Shown here one piece after another: positions 37,027 to 45,935 of a DNA stretch of 59,830 bases. Source of the DNA: a virus (taxonomy: Duplodnaviria > Caudoviricetes); the IMG/VR virus record IMGVR_UViG_3300036987_000543, positions 1 to 59,830 of that record; one strand, 5' to 3'. Each line of letters opens with the position of its first letter. Position 1 is the first letter of the stretch. Position numbers and translations under genes: made by a program. Under the pieces are notes generated by a model. The model did not search any database and had not been told where the DNA came from. It saw only the letters and a program-made list of their open reading frames with translations.

Positions 37027-40000
37027 TTAGTGAACGATTAGTTTTTGGGATTGTACTGTAGAGCCACTGATAAGCGAAACAATGTAAACGCCCGGTGAAA
37101 GGTATGTTTGAAAAGAGTGTGTGTTCATTCCTTTCGGCAAAGAGAATCTGTTTATGAGCTGTCCGGATGGAGTAAAGATAGATAAGAGGCCGGAATTAAC
37201 TGGATCGGACTGGCTAATGACGAGACTGCCGTTTAGGTAGTAACACGAATAACTTGTTGGAGAATCAGGCTCGGAAATACCTATGCTGCCGCCAAAGACA
37301 ATTAAGAAACGGTCTTGTTCGTCGGAAATATCTGCGGAGAAGATGAATGGAGCAGAAAGCAGAAGGTTGTGGGAAAGGTTGGTTTTAGTATCGACAAGTG
37401 TTGCTGTGGTCAGAGGATCGAAACCGAAAATAAAAGGAGCAGAAATAGAGTGTTGGCCGGAAATGCCTGGCTGAAGTGAAAGAGGAATGGATTTGGCAGA
37501 GGGAAGGCCGGGGAAATGGATTGAGTGCTTTTCCTGACTATGCTGAATCCAAAGATTGGGTGCAGTCGGATCTATGCTTTGCATCTTTCCGGTACCTGAG
37601 ATAATACCTGAGTCGTTGAACTGAATGAGGACTTCATCAGAGAAGTTATTTGGAGAAGATACATGAAGCTTCAGGGTTGGGAATGTGACGCTGTCGGATT
37701 TGAGAAAAACAGGGTTTTGTTGGACTCGGATATTATTGTTCATCGAGAGGCTGCCTGATGAGGCAGCGCGGACAAAAAAACCTTGTCCTGCTGGGATGTA
37801 ACGTGAGGTGCTGTTTGTGCCATCGTTGCTGACAAGACTTGAATTGTAGGTACCATAATTGCCTGCGGCTTCGTTGTAGACCCAAAAATCGTATCCACCT
37901 GAGTTCTGCTGCAGAGAAGTGCGGCCCCAGCCGGATGAAGCTTTCCAGTCAATAGCCGAAACGTAAGGGTTGCCGATGAGGTTGAAGCCCTGATAAGTGG
38001 GGTTGGAAGCGTCGGCGGTGATATCAACGGAGATAGGGCCATTGTTGAGCAGGCCGGTGAAATCTTTGGTGGGAGTGGCTTGGTTGTAAGCAACCATGTA
38101 GCCGCGACCGGGGACAAAATCGGGGCCGTTGACCTCCATGAAGGTGGGGCTTGAGGTGATGTTTTTGTAGTTGACCCAGGTGACAGAGGGTTCATCGTAA
38201 CAATAAAGATCGTAGCCGGCAACAGGGATAAAATCGGAGTCGGATATGGATTGAGAAACGGGGGATGAAAGCAGGTGATAATCCCAGACATTGCCGGGGA
38301 TGTAGCGTTGAACTGTGGCAGGGACGTTGTCGGTGTTGTGAGAAAACATGCCTGAACCATTGGCATCAGAAGCAATTGTGAAGCTTGACACGCCAGCCTG
38401 ATTGGAAACAGAGCCTTGAACAGTTAAGCTGATACCAGGGTTGATGGTGAGGCTTTCGCCGGAATTGATGCCCAGATTTAGCAGTGTGCCTGACTGATTT
38501 ATGATTGAGGAGCTTGACAAGGTGAATGAATAATTTGGAAGAGTTTGGATGCTGTTACTGGTGGCCCAGTTAGCAGGGTTGGCAATAAGGCTTTTGAGCA
38601 CAGAGGGAGTGCCAGAGGTGATGTTGTTATAATATCCATTATCTTGACTTACTGAAAGGGCATTGACATTGTCAGTTAGGGTTGAGGGAAGATATGAAGT
38701 GTTTGCGGAGGCAGAGCCCGAGGTGAGCCATGCAGAGTTATCTAAGTTTAGAGCAAAAATGACGGTTTGGTCAGAGTTCCATGTGCCTTGGTAGGCTATG
38801 AGTTGATCGCCTGAGGCAGAGAGGAGAAAGTTAGAAGGACTATTTGAATTGAAACCAGTGCCGGTGATGTCCATTGAGTTGGTCCATGTGATAACAGTTC
38901 CGGCAGGAATAACAGATGGTGCAGTGTAGGTTAGAAAGCCCTCACCGGTTCGCGGTGTGGTAGCTGATGAAAAGCCATTATCCGTGAAATTTATGACTGT
39001 GCCGCTAGCCAGCTGTGAAAAGTTGATAAAGGTGAACTTGTCAGGATCATCGGTCTGATATTGAATAATAGCTATGTCGCCGGGTTGAAGAACGGTGGAA
39101 CCTTCGGTGGTAGCTATTGTAGACTGAGGGATGGAGCCATCGGTTTTGTAATCAATGAGGGATCCGGAATTGGTGTAGGGGAATATTTTGAAATAATGAG
39201 TGGTGCTTGAGGCAAGGCCGGTGAAGGTGTAGGACTGAGCGCCGTAGGAGACGTTTTTGGCAAGAGGGCCATCGCTAACAGGTGTGCCATCAATGGGGGC
39301 AAAAATGGCATCGTAGCTTACTGTGCTGCCCAGGATGAGGTAGCCTGCCGGAAGGGTGGGGCCGGAGGCGTCTGACCATGTTAGGTTTATAGAGGCATAA
39401 ACCGGAGAGCCAGCTGAAGATGCAAAGGCTGTGGCGTGGTTGGAAGGCTCGGCGACGGCGCCTGATGGGAACCAGACCTGATCAACATAATCCGGATTGT
39501 CAATAAATGGATTGCGGTTGCTCTGAATGGCATAAATGGCATTGTTCCGATCAATTTCCTTTTGAGAGACTGGATCGGCGGAGTGCCAGGCATAGAGAAG
39601 ATTGAGAAACCAGGTTTCGAAAGATGGGTAGTCAGTTTCATTAAGTATCGCATCGGCATAGGTGCTGTTGGGTGACCAGGAATCTATTACGTTGCGGTAG
39701 CGGGTGGACATGTAGAAATAGGCACGGGCTATGTCTCCCTTGTACTCATCAATAGGTTCGAAGGCTGTGCCGGAGTATCCCGGATAACTGGATGGACCGC
39801 GCTTAGAACCATTTTGGGAGGTGTAGGCAGGGGAAGCAACAGTTGAAAAAGGATAGTTGCTGTGGCCGGTGCCGTTGACATACTGATCAACAGGGAAGAT
39901 GTGGTGAATATCGGTGTACATAGGTGAGGCGCCTGCAAAGTAACTTGATGGGAAACTATGCTCGCGGGAATAACAATCTCCTTCCTGGGTGGAGATGCCG

Positions 40001-40302
40001 CACTGATTTGTGCCAACTATATACTCATAAGGCGGAGTGCCAGAGGGGACGTCGGAATAGATGTCCCAGATTTTGTCACCGCTGCGCACATCAGTTGTGT
40101 AAAATGCATTCCACACGCCGGGGGTGTAGGAAACCTTGTTGTGATCCTTGATGATGTTGTATAAGGCGGAGTGCAGATCATTGCCGGAGAGCCCGATTGC
40201 AGCATCGTAGTAGCCGTTAGGGGCCTGGGCATGAAGGATACCTGCATAGAGCAGGAAAACAAAGAATGTTGATCGAATGAGAGCTATATAGATATTCAAC
40301 AT
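37027..40302 (-). CDS. Secreted endonuclease I family nuclease with FN3-like/beta domains and a T9SS type A C-terminal sorting domain
   Basis: Signal peptide (AQ); REHSFPSSYF, TDIHHIFP, FEPIDEYKGDIARAYFYMSTRY and QSNRNPFID; C-terminal IFTPSGQ...LSPGVYIV...QKLIVH. Confidence 0.9.
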   Translation of the reverse strand: MLNIYIALIRSTFFVFLLYAGILHAQAPNGYYDAAIGLSGNDLHSALYNIIKDHNKVSYTPGVWNAFYTTDVRSGDKIWDIYSDVPSGTPPYEYIVGTNQCGISTQEGDCYSREHSFPSSYFAGASPMYTDIHHIFPVDQYVNGTGHSNYPFSTVASPAYTSQNGSKRGPSSYPGYSGTAFEPIDEYKGDIARAYFYMSTRYRNVIDSWSPNSTYADAILNETDYPSFETWFLNLLYAWHSADPVSQKEIDRNNAIYAIQSNRNPFIDNPDYVDQVWFPSGAVAEPSNHATAFASSAGSPVYASINLTWSDASGPTLPAGYLILGSTVSYDAIFAPIDGTPVSDGPLAKNVSYGAQSYTFTGLASSTTHYFKIFPYTNSGSLIDYKTDGSIPQSTIATTEGSTVLQPGDIAIIQYQTDDPDKFTFINFSQLASGTVINFTDNGFSSATTPRTGEGFLTYTAPSVIPAGTVITWTNSMDITGTGFNSNSPSNFLLSASGDQLIAYQGTWNSDQTVIFALNLDNSAWLTSGSASANTSYLPSTLTDNVNALSVSQDNGYYNNITSGTPSVLKSLIANPANWATSNSIQTLPNYSFTLSSSSIINQSGTLLNLGINSGESLTINPGISLTVQGSVSNQAGVSSFTIASDANGSGMFSHNTDNVPATVQRYIPGNVWDYHLLSSPVSQSISDSDFIPVAGYDLYCYDEPSVTWVNYKNITSSPTFMEVNGPDFVPGRGYMVAYNQATPTKDFTGLLNNGPISVDITADASNPTYQGFNLIGNPYVSAIDWKASSGWGRTSLQQNSGGYDFWVYNEAAGNYGTYNSSLVSNDGTNSTSRYIPAGQGFFVRAASSGSLSMNNNIRVQQNPVFLKSDSVTFPTLKLHVSSPNNFSDEVLIQFNDSGIISGTGKMQSIDPTAPNLWIQHSQEKHSIHFPGLPSAKSIPLSLQPGISGQHSISAPFIFGFDPLTTATLVDTKTNLSHNLLLSAPFIFSADISDEQDRFLIVFGGSIGISEPDSPTSYSCYYLNGSLVISQSDPVNSGLLSIFTPSGQLINRFSLPKGMNTHSFQTYLSPGVYIVSLISGSTVQSQKLIVH

Positions 40303-40446
40303 ATGTAACTTACTTAGTTATATTTTCGTAAAATTACATTATTTTTGAGTGATCAAAATACGTTTTTACTCTGTGAAAAAGTTCCAAATTAAATAAGCAT
40401 CAGATTATCACATTACAACATATGTAATTCTTAAAATAATTAAATT

Positions 40447-41130
40447 ATGTCAAATCATTCACTAAAGAACTTTTTTAGGCAGAAGCCAAATGTATGTCCA
40501 TACTGCCATGTAGCTAATCACCCTCGATGTTTAAATATGGAAGGGTCTAAAGATTCTGAAAATAATACAATACATGTGGTGATGTGGAGATGCGGAAATG
40601 AAGATTGTAACAGAATTATTCTAACTCAACATATTGAAGATATTAGTGGGTTAAAACTATCTCGTTTTCTCGATGGGACACCAAAAGGTCCTGAATGGCC
40701 TAAACTTATAGAGGAAATGAAAAGTGGACATCCGAATGATATAGACATAATGAAAGGATCAAGATTTATTAAAACATATTTACAAAGTTTAGTTGCTGAA
40801 AATATGGGACTTGATGAACTGGCTGGAATGGGATATAGAAAGTCTATCGAATATTTGGTTAAAGACTGGGCGATAAATCTATATCCTGAAAAAAGAAATG
40901 AAATTTTCAATAATTGGCTTGATTATGTAATTAAGAACTTCTTTCAAGGTGAATTAAAGGAAATTTTACTAAGGGCCACCTGGTTGGGCAACGATCAATC
41001 TCATTACAATCAATTATTTCAAGATTACAATATTGGTGATCTTAAGGAATTGATCGACCTTATCGTAGTTGATCTAGATCGAGAACATAAAAAAAAGCAA
41101 TACATAGCTAATATCCAAAAGAGGAAATAG
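40447..41130 (+). CDS. Zn-ribbon plus HEPN (DUF4145-like) protein
   Basis: CPYC...CGNEDC; GYRKSIEYLVKD; RATWLGNDQSH HEPN-type motif. Confidence 0.72.
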   Translation: MSNHSLKNFFRQKPNVCPYCHVANHPRCLNMEGSKDSENNTIHVVMWRCGNEDCNRIILTQHIEDISGLKLSRFLDGTPKGPEWPKLIEEMKSGHPNDIDIMKGSRFIKTYLQSLVAENMGLDELAGMGYRKSIEYLVKDWAINLYPEKRNEIFNNWLDYVIKNFFQGELKEILLRATWLGNDQSHYNQLFQDYNIGDLKELIDLIVVDLDREHKKKQYIANIQKRK

Positions 41131-41171
41131 AAAATAATTATTAATCATTAAAATTTTAAGGAGAAAAAATT

Positions 41172-41486
41172 ATGAGTACTCTTAAGTTTAGACTAAAAGC
41201 TGGTACAAGTACAGCAATTCTTTCACTTGATTGGTCCAACAACAGTTGGATTTGTAATGACAACTTCTTTTTAGCAAAAAGGGGCCGTTGTGGATTTAGT
41301 CAGCAAGCAGTTTTCCTTTACGGACCAGAACAACCCGGCAATCAACATCATGGTTCTTTAATCTTTACTAAAGACTATGTTAAGCTTACAAAAGGCGACA
41401 CGGGAAAATGTCACATTGTTAAGACATCTATGGTCAACACACAAATTCCTAAAGAAGGCACATGGGAGTTTTTAGATGAGTCTTAG
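41172..41486 (+). CDS. Hypothetical protein
   Basis: Clean ORF with an AAGGAG/A-rich leader; co-oriented with the HEPN gene. Confidence 0.6.
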   Translation: MSTLKFRLKAGTSTAILSLDWSNNSWICNDNFFLAKRGRCGFSQQAVFLYGPEQPGNQHHGSLIFTKDYVKLTKGDTGKCHIVKTSMVNTQIPKEGTWEFLDES

Positions 41487-41511
41487 TGTTTTTTGCAGTA
41501 CTTCAGAATGG

Positions 41512-41949
41512 TTATGTAGATTTCTTCCGAAACTCTGTCACCGTCATATCTGAAAGCAAAAATTCCTTGATCTTATTCCGGGAAATTAATCTGACAGTAA
41601 GCTGATCAAGCACAGTGTTCAGTTTTCTTCTTGTCCCTGGATCGGTCTGGTAAAGCCGTTGCATGTTTTTAAGTCCGTGTACCGCTGTAGTATGATCCCG
41701 GTTGAATAGGGCGGCTGCGTTTGTTAGAGATACATCATGCAGAAAAATCATCAGGAGCATAGCCATATACCTGGCATCAACACGCTCCCGCTTTCGTTTC
41801 TTCTCCGGAAGATCTGTGACCTTATAGATCATACTGCATGTGTCAATGATTCTTTTGATCATCTGGGCTTTTGTTTTTGCCGGTTTTACCTCCGGTATTC
41901 CGGGAAGGAGGTAAGGACTTGGGATATAAGCAGTAGTTTGTGTGTTCAT
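41512..41949 (-). CDS. Stand-alone DnaA domain IV (Bac_DnaA_C)-like HTH protein
   Basis: KRKRERVDARYMAMLL...SLTNAAALFNRDHTTAVHG matches the DnaA C-terminal signature. Confidence 0.78.
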   Translation of the reverse strand: MNTQTTAYIPSPYLLPGIPEVKPAKTKAQMIKRIIDTCSMIYKVTDLPEKKRKRERVDARYMAMLLMIFLHDVSLTNAAALFNRDHTTAVHGLKNMQRLYQTDPGTRRKLNTVLDQLTVRLISRNKIKEFLLSDMTVTEFRKKST

Positions 41950-41973
41950 GAGTTGCGTATATTTATTCGTTGG

Positions 41974-42765
41974 TTATGCACTCTGAACCTTTTCAGCACA
42001 TTTCTTAAATCCGTTGCCAACCATATATTGTATGAATGCACGGCCTCTTTCTGTCCAGTAGGTTGTAACAGCAGTTTTTTGAGTACCGTCATGGTCAGTA
42101 TAAGTGTGTGTTTTTGAACGTGTATAACCTTTGTTCTGATACTCATGATAGAGCACCCATGTTTTACCAGATCTGTAAATAATCCTCTGACTATGGAGAA
42201 TTCTGTTTAATGACACAGCACTCATTCCCATATCCTTTGCAATAACATTTGTAGGGATGAGGCTTTCACTCTGCAGAACATTGTTATAATAATGCACCTT
42301 TGGAGCTGCCTTAATCAGTTCTTTTTCTTGCAGCATTGCTGTCTGAGCAAAACGTTCCTTTTCTTCCCGCTCTCGCTTTAACTCTGTAGCAAGGTTAATG
42401 ATGAAGTCCGGGTTAAGAAGATCTTCCGGGTTAATTGCTGTAGCCTTAAACTTCAGAAGTTCTTTGATGCGGTCATTGCACCATATGGCAAAACTGGGGA
42501 ACAACCATCTGGCAAACTCCATGGCCACATCTTCATGCATCCATGTGCCGACTCCGTTGATTGTCTGAATCAGTTTTAACCTATCCGTTTTTCGGATAGC
42601 TTCCAGTTCTGTCAGGAACTGCTCGGTTGATGGCAGCTCTAACCATTTCCCGGGCCGCTTCCTGAAGGCAGAAGCCATTTGCGTTGCGTTAACCATTACT
42701 TCAGAATCTTTTGATTTGAAGCCTACCGGAAACCCATTGTAATTGAACAAGTTTAGATTTTCCAT
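41974..42765 (-). CDS. Phage antirepressor (KilA-N plus KilAC/ANT)
   Basis: VNATQMA, GTWMHEDVAMEFARWL, APKVHYY and TYWTERGRAFI. Confidence 0.9.
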   Translation of the reverse strand: MENLNLFNYNGFPVGFKSKDSEVMVNATQMASAFRKRPGKWLELPSTEQFLTELEAIRKTDRLKLIQTINGVGTWMHEDVAMEFARWLFPSFAIWCNDRIKELLKFKATAINPEDLLNPDFIINLATELKREREEKERFAQTAMLQEKELIKAAPKVHYYNNVLQSESLIPTNVIAKDMGMSAVSLNRILHSQRIIYRSGKTWVLYHEYQNKGYTRSKTHTYTDHDGTQKTAVTTYWTERGRAFIQYMVGNGFKKCAEKVQSA

Positions 42766-42773
42766 ATGAAGTA

Positions 42774-43121
42774 TTATTTCAAGTATTCTTTGATTACTTT
42801 CTCAAACTCATCGAAAGTCCATACGACAGCTGTAGCATATCCCTGACTCTTGACCTCATTCAGGAACTCTTCCTGATCATCACTCAAATCATTCTTGCCA
42901 TATTTGAACTCGATGTAAAGTCCATGATATCCGTTTCGGGGAACAGCCAGGCAGGTATCAGACACCCCGGGTACCACCCCCTGAAGCTTGAGGTTCTTAG
43001 CCTCGATCTTATTCCGGCTTCCACCGTTCGGGATGGCATAGAATAACTTCTTGTATTTCGGATATGCTAACCGAAACCATTTAAAGCATTCTGCCTGTAG
43101 TTTTCCTTCCTGTGATTTCAT
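42774..43121 (-). CDS. VRR-NUC nuclease (Holliday junction resolvase-like)
   Basis: EGKLQ, AIPNGG, GVVPGVSD, LYIEFK and QEEF. Confidence 0.88.
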   Translation of the reverse strand: MKSQEGKLQAECFKWFRLAYPKYKKLFYAIPNGGSRNKIEAKNLKLQGVVPGVSDTCLAVPRNGYHGLYIEFKYGKNDLSDDQEEFLNEVKSQGYATAVVWTFDEFEKVIKEYLK

Positions 43122-43315
43122 GGCTTAAGTTTTTTCTTGCATATCCGGCACCGGACCTCTTTGCCAGTTGTGTTGACCAGACATTTGGAACCACATCGGC
43201 AGTACTTGTACCTGTCAAGTAACTGACTGATCTCATTGAAATCACTATCGAGCAAGGTCACACCATGCTCCTGTGCGAAATATTCAAAGAGTGATTGTCT
43301 TAGCTGTTTGTCCAT
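43118..43315 (-). CDS. Small hypothetical protein with Cys pairs
   Basis: Overlaps both neighbours; CRC and CRIC motifs. Confidence 0.5.
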   Translation of the reverse strand: MDKQLRQSLFEYFAQEHGVTLLDSDFNEISQLLDRYKYCRCGSKCLVNTTGKEVRCRICKKKLKP

Positions 43316-43764
43316 AGCATTTGTGCAATTAATTCCTTAGTCTTAAGGTCAACTGTACGCCATCCTTGGGAGCCTCTCCAAGCGAAAGGATAGGGTAGAG
43401 GCTTAACATCGCTGTAAACATGACAGTAAAGGCCCGGAAAGTAATTGACATAACAATCGTTCTCATCTTCCTTGGTCATAGGCCGGGAATCAATCAGCCG
43501 GCCGATGCCAATTGCATGGCCCTCTTTTTGGGTGAACCTGTTATGAGTTTCCATGGCCTCAAAAATCCGGAGCAAGTGATTAGTACCAGATATGTTTACA
43601 ACCTGGTCAAGCAAATAGGATTTCTTGCTTGAGCAGATCAATACCCATCCCCGGTAATTCGTAGGCCATGTCCGGGTCTCAATCTTTCCCATCAGCATCA
43701 TATCAGCATAGGGTTGCCGCCATGAGAGAGCGCGTAGTGTCATGTCTGGCGTGAACTTTTCCAT
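43300..43764 (-). CDS. ASCH-domain protein
   Basis: RALSWRQPYA...GKIETRTWPTNYRG. Confidence 0.85.
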   Translation of the reverse strand: MEKFTPDMTLRALSWRQPYADMMLMGKIETRTWPTNYRGWVLICSSKKSYLLDQVVNISGTNHLLRIFEAMETHNRFTQKEGHAIGIGRLIDSRPMTKEDENDCYVNYFPGLYCHVYSDVKPLPYPFAWRGSQGWRTVDLKTKELIAQMLWTNS

Positions 43765-43765
43765 A

Positions 43766-44650
43766 TTACTTTCTCCTATCCGGGGCTATAGTGTCAAATG
43801 CGACCTGATTAAACATCTCCCTGAAGCGACTGCGGAGCCTTGATCCATAAAACTGCTCAATGGCATTAGGATTCAGATTTGTTGTGATATGTGTCAAGTG
43901 ATGAGGGACAGAATCGTAACGGTTAAGCAATATCTCTCCCATAGCATTTACCTTGTCTCCGAACCGTCTGCGCTCTTCATCGGTACCCAGATCATCAAAG
44001 CAATAACCGGTCAGGCTTTGACCATAGGCATTTGTGGCAATTGGTTCCGGAACACTGAAGTTTTTAATAACCTGGAACCCTGACTCAACAAAGTCATACG
44101 TTATAAACCTTACACTCGATAGCCTGTATGATTGCTGTGGGTTACTGGCAAAAGCTTTCATAATGACTGTTTTTCCTGTGCCTCGGTCGCCCATCAGCAG
44201 CAACCCTTTCTTCAGGGACAACCCATGCTTTTCTGCATCCAGAGAACCGGAAAAGTAGAGTGAAAGTTTGTCAATGATTTCCCTGTTGTGATCATCAATC
44301 ACATAAGTCCTGCCGATTATCCTTGAAGCCCGATCCAGAAAAACCTGTTTCATCTGCTCAGGTGTGTAACGGATAATTTCACGGGGCTGGTCTACTTTCT
44401 CCCAGTATGCCATTTCAAGGCTTCGGGAGTATTTTGTTTCCCGGGCCTTATGAACTAATCGGTCATAGGTTTCCTTTGTGATGGTAATATGCCCGGGTGA
44501 AGTTTTTAATAATTGAGCCCTACGCTGCTTTTCAGCAGAAATTACAGCCCGGATTTCTTCCTGAGTAAGTTCAGGCAACTCATAACGGGACGTTGTATCC
44601 TTCGACTGCAGAGCGCCTGGGATCACTTGCTTTAAGGGTTGAGGTTCCAT
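43766..44650 (-). CDS. DnaC/IstB-like AAA+ helicase loader
   Basis: GDRGTGKT Walker A, CFDDLG Walker B, ITTNL and YGSRLRSR; likely start MEPQPL at 44650. Confidence 0.82.
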   Translation of the reverse strand: MEPQPLKQVIPGALQSKDTTSRYELPELTQEEIRAVISAEKQRRAQLLKTSPGHITITKETYDRLVHKARETKYSRSLEMAYWEKVDQPREIIRYTPEQMKQVFLDRASRIIGRTYVIDDHNREIIDKLSLYFSGSLDAEKHGLSLKKGLLLMGDRGTGKTVIMKAFASNPQQSYRLSSVRFITYDFVESGFQVIKNFSVPEPIATNAYGQSLTGYCFDDLGTDEERRRFGDKVNAMGEILLNRYDSVPHHLTHITTNLNPNAIEQFYGSRLRSRFREMFNQVAFDTIAPDRRK

Positions 44651-45473
44651 TGGTTTTGTTATTGTATTTACCTTCAAGGACTTTTACGAAATTGTTTGGC
44701 CTCATTAGCCAGTCAAAGTCTGCCATCCAGTCACCGGTTTGCCCGGCCAGAAAATCTGAAAGATTCGCTTTTTGAAACATTTCAAAGATTCTTTCACGAC
44801 CATGTTCTTTCAGCCGGGCATTGATGAATCCGCGACGCTTTTCAGTTATCATCTGAACTTTTGGTAACCTGGTGCAGATCTTATTGAATCCCTCAATGAA
44901 TTCAGTATAACTTATTCGAGGGTCGGAAGGTGGTTCGTCACCGTCAAGGTGACAAGAAGATTTATCTTCAGAAGTAATTTCTTTTTCTTTAATTTCTTTT
45001 CTTTTCTTTTGTGAATTATTGTTCTCACTTTCTGAATTAATGTCAGCATTATTAGAATTAATGTTAACATTTCCGATTTTATCAACCTCTACAAGCAGAA
45101 AATCACGTTCAACCTCGACAGATTTGAACCTTTTTGTTGCCTCAAAATATCGCTTCTGGATTCCTCTGGATGTTAATATTCCAAACCTGTTAAGTAGGGT
45201 TTCATCAAAGAAACCGCGCTTAACCAATTCTTTGACCACTTCGCTCACTAACGAAGGGGAGACACCATCTCCCGCGCGTTTCGCAAGCAGGGCACTTTCA
45301 TCATCATTCCATGGAGTATAATAGCCGTTGCGATAAATCTTGCAAAGTAACCGGATGGCAATTACTTCACCTTTTACACCGAATCTGGCTGAGGTGAATT
45401 CAATCTTTTCGTCATTAAAGAAATCAACATCAAAGCTGAAGTACTTGATTCCGATTTGGTTCGTTCGTGCCAT
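44580..45473 (-). CDS. Phage replication initiator (DUF4373-like N-terminus)
   Basis: YFSFDVDFF, LLCKIY, ILTSRGIQKRY and C-terminal ADFDWLMRPNNFVKVLEGKY. Confidence 0.85.
   Translation of the reverse strand: MARTNQIGIKYFSFDVDFFNDEKIEFTSARFGVKGEVIAIRLLCKIYRNGYYTPWNDDESALLAKRAGDGVSPSLVSEVVKELVKRGFFDETLLNRFGILTSRGIQKRYFEATKRFKSVEVERDFLLVEVDKIGNVNINSNNADINSESENNNSQKKRKEIKEKEITSEDKSSCHLDGDEPPSDPRISYTEFIEGFNKICTRLPKVQMITEKRRGFINARLKEHGRERIFEMFQKANLSDFLAGQTGDWMADFDWLMRPNNFVKVLEGKYNNKTNGTSTLKASDPRRSAVEGYNVPL
44976..45072. repeat. Putative phage replication origin: three iterons at 21-bp period plus a strand-asymmetric A/T tract
   Basis: GAATTATTGTTCTCACT (45013), GAATTAATGTCAGCATT (45034), GAATTAATGTTAACATT (45055), next to a (CTTTT)n tract, all inside the initiator gene. 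Confidence 0.6.
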
Positions 45474-45481
45474 ATTACTTT

Positions 45482-45655
45482 TTACTTGTATGTTACATCT
45501 ACATTCACTTCAAGTCCTCTTGCCCGGTACTCTTCCATTACTTTCTTCTTGTATTGTTCCACTGTCATATCTGTTAAGATTATAAGCTTTCTATCATCAA
45601 CCAGTTGATCATTTTTTTTGAGCAGTATTTTTGCTCTGTAAATCACCGTTTTCAT
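45482..45655 (-). CDS. Small hypothetical protein (57 aa, below the ORF-track cutoff)
   Basis: Manual translation MKTVIYRAKILLKKNDQLVDDRKLIILTDMTVEQYKKKVMEEYRARGLEVNVDVTYK fills the gap in the operon. Confidence 0.55.
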   Translation of the reverse strand: MKTVIYRAKILLKKNDQLVDDRKLIILTDMTVEQYKKKVMEEYRARGLEVNVDVTYK

Positions 45656-45935
45656 CTTCAATCAGATAGTTTAATGGGAATATACATTTCTCTCCATAGG
45701 CTCCAAACAGCCCATCTTCGCCAATAACCCTGATGCTTCCATAGTGCCGGCCGGCAACCTGCGCCTTAAATATGCGGTGGCCGTTGTCAACCATGACGGT
45801 CATTCCCCTTTCAACACTTTTTCTCCATGCACGGAGTTTAAGTTCTTCGTTGATTAGAGCAAAGCCATAAAGCATGAACGGAATCAATGTTATTGCGGCG
45901 GCAAGCAAAATCAGGATGAATAGCCATGTTTTCAT
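45609..45935 (-). CDS. Hypothetical membrane-anchored protein
   Basis: N-terminal TM; 4-nt overlap with the helicase gene. Confidence 0.6.
   Translation of the reverse strand: MKTWLFILILLAAAITLIPFMLYGFALINEELKLRAWRKSVERGMTVMVDNGHRIFKAQVAGRHYGSIRVIGEDGLFGAYGEKCIFPLNYLIEDENGDLQSKNTAQKK

Noticed and set aside
37740-40262. Several alternative-frame ORFs within the nuclease gene
   Set aside because: Pro/Ser/Thr-rich by-products of the C-rich, stop-poor coding strand.
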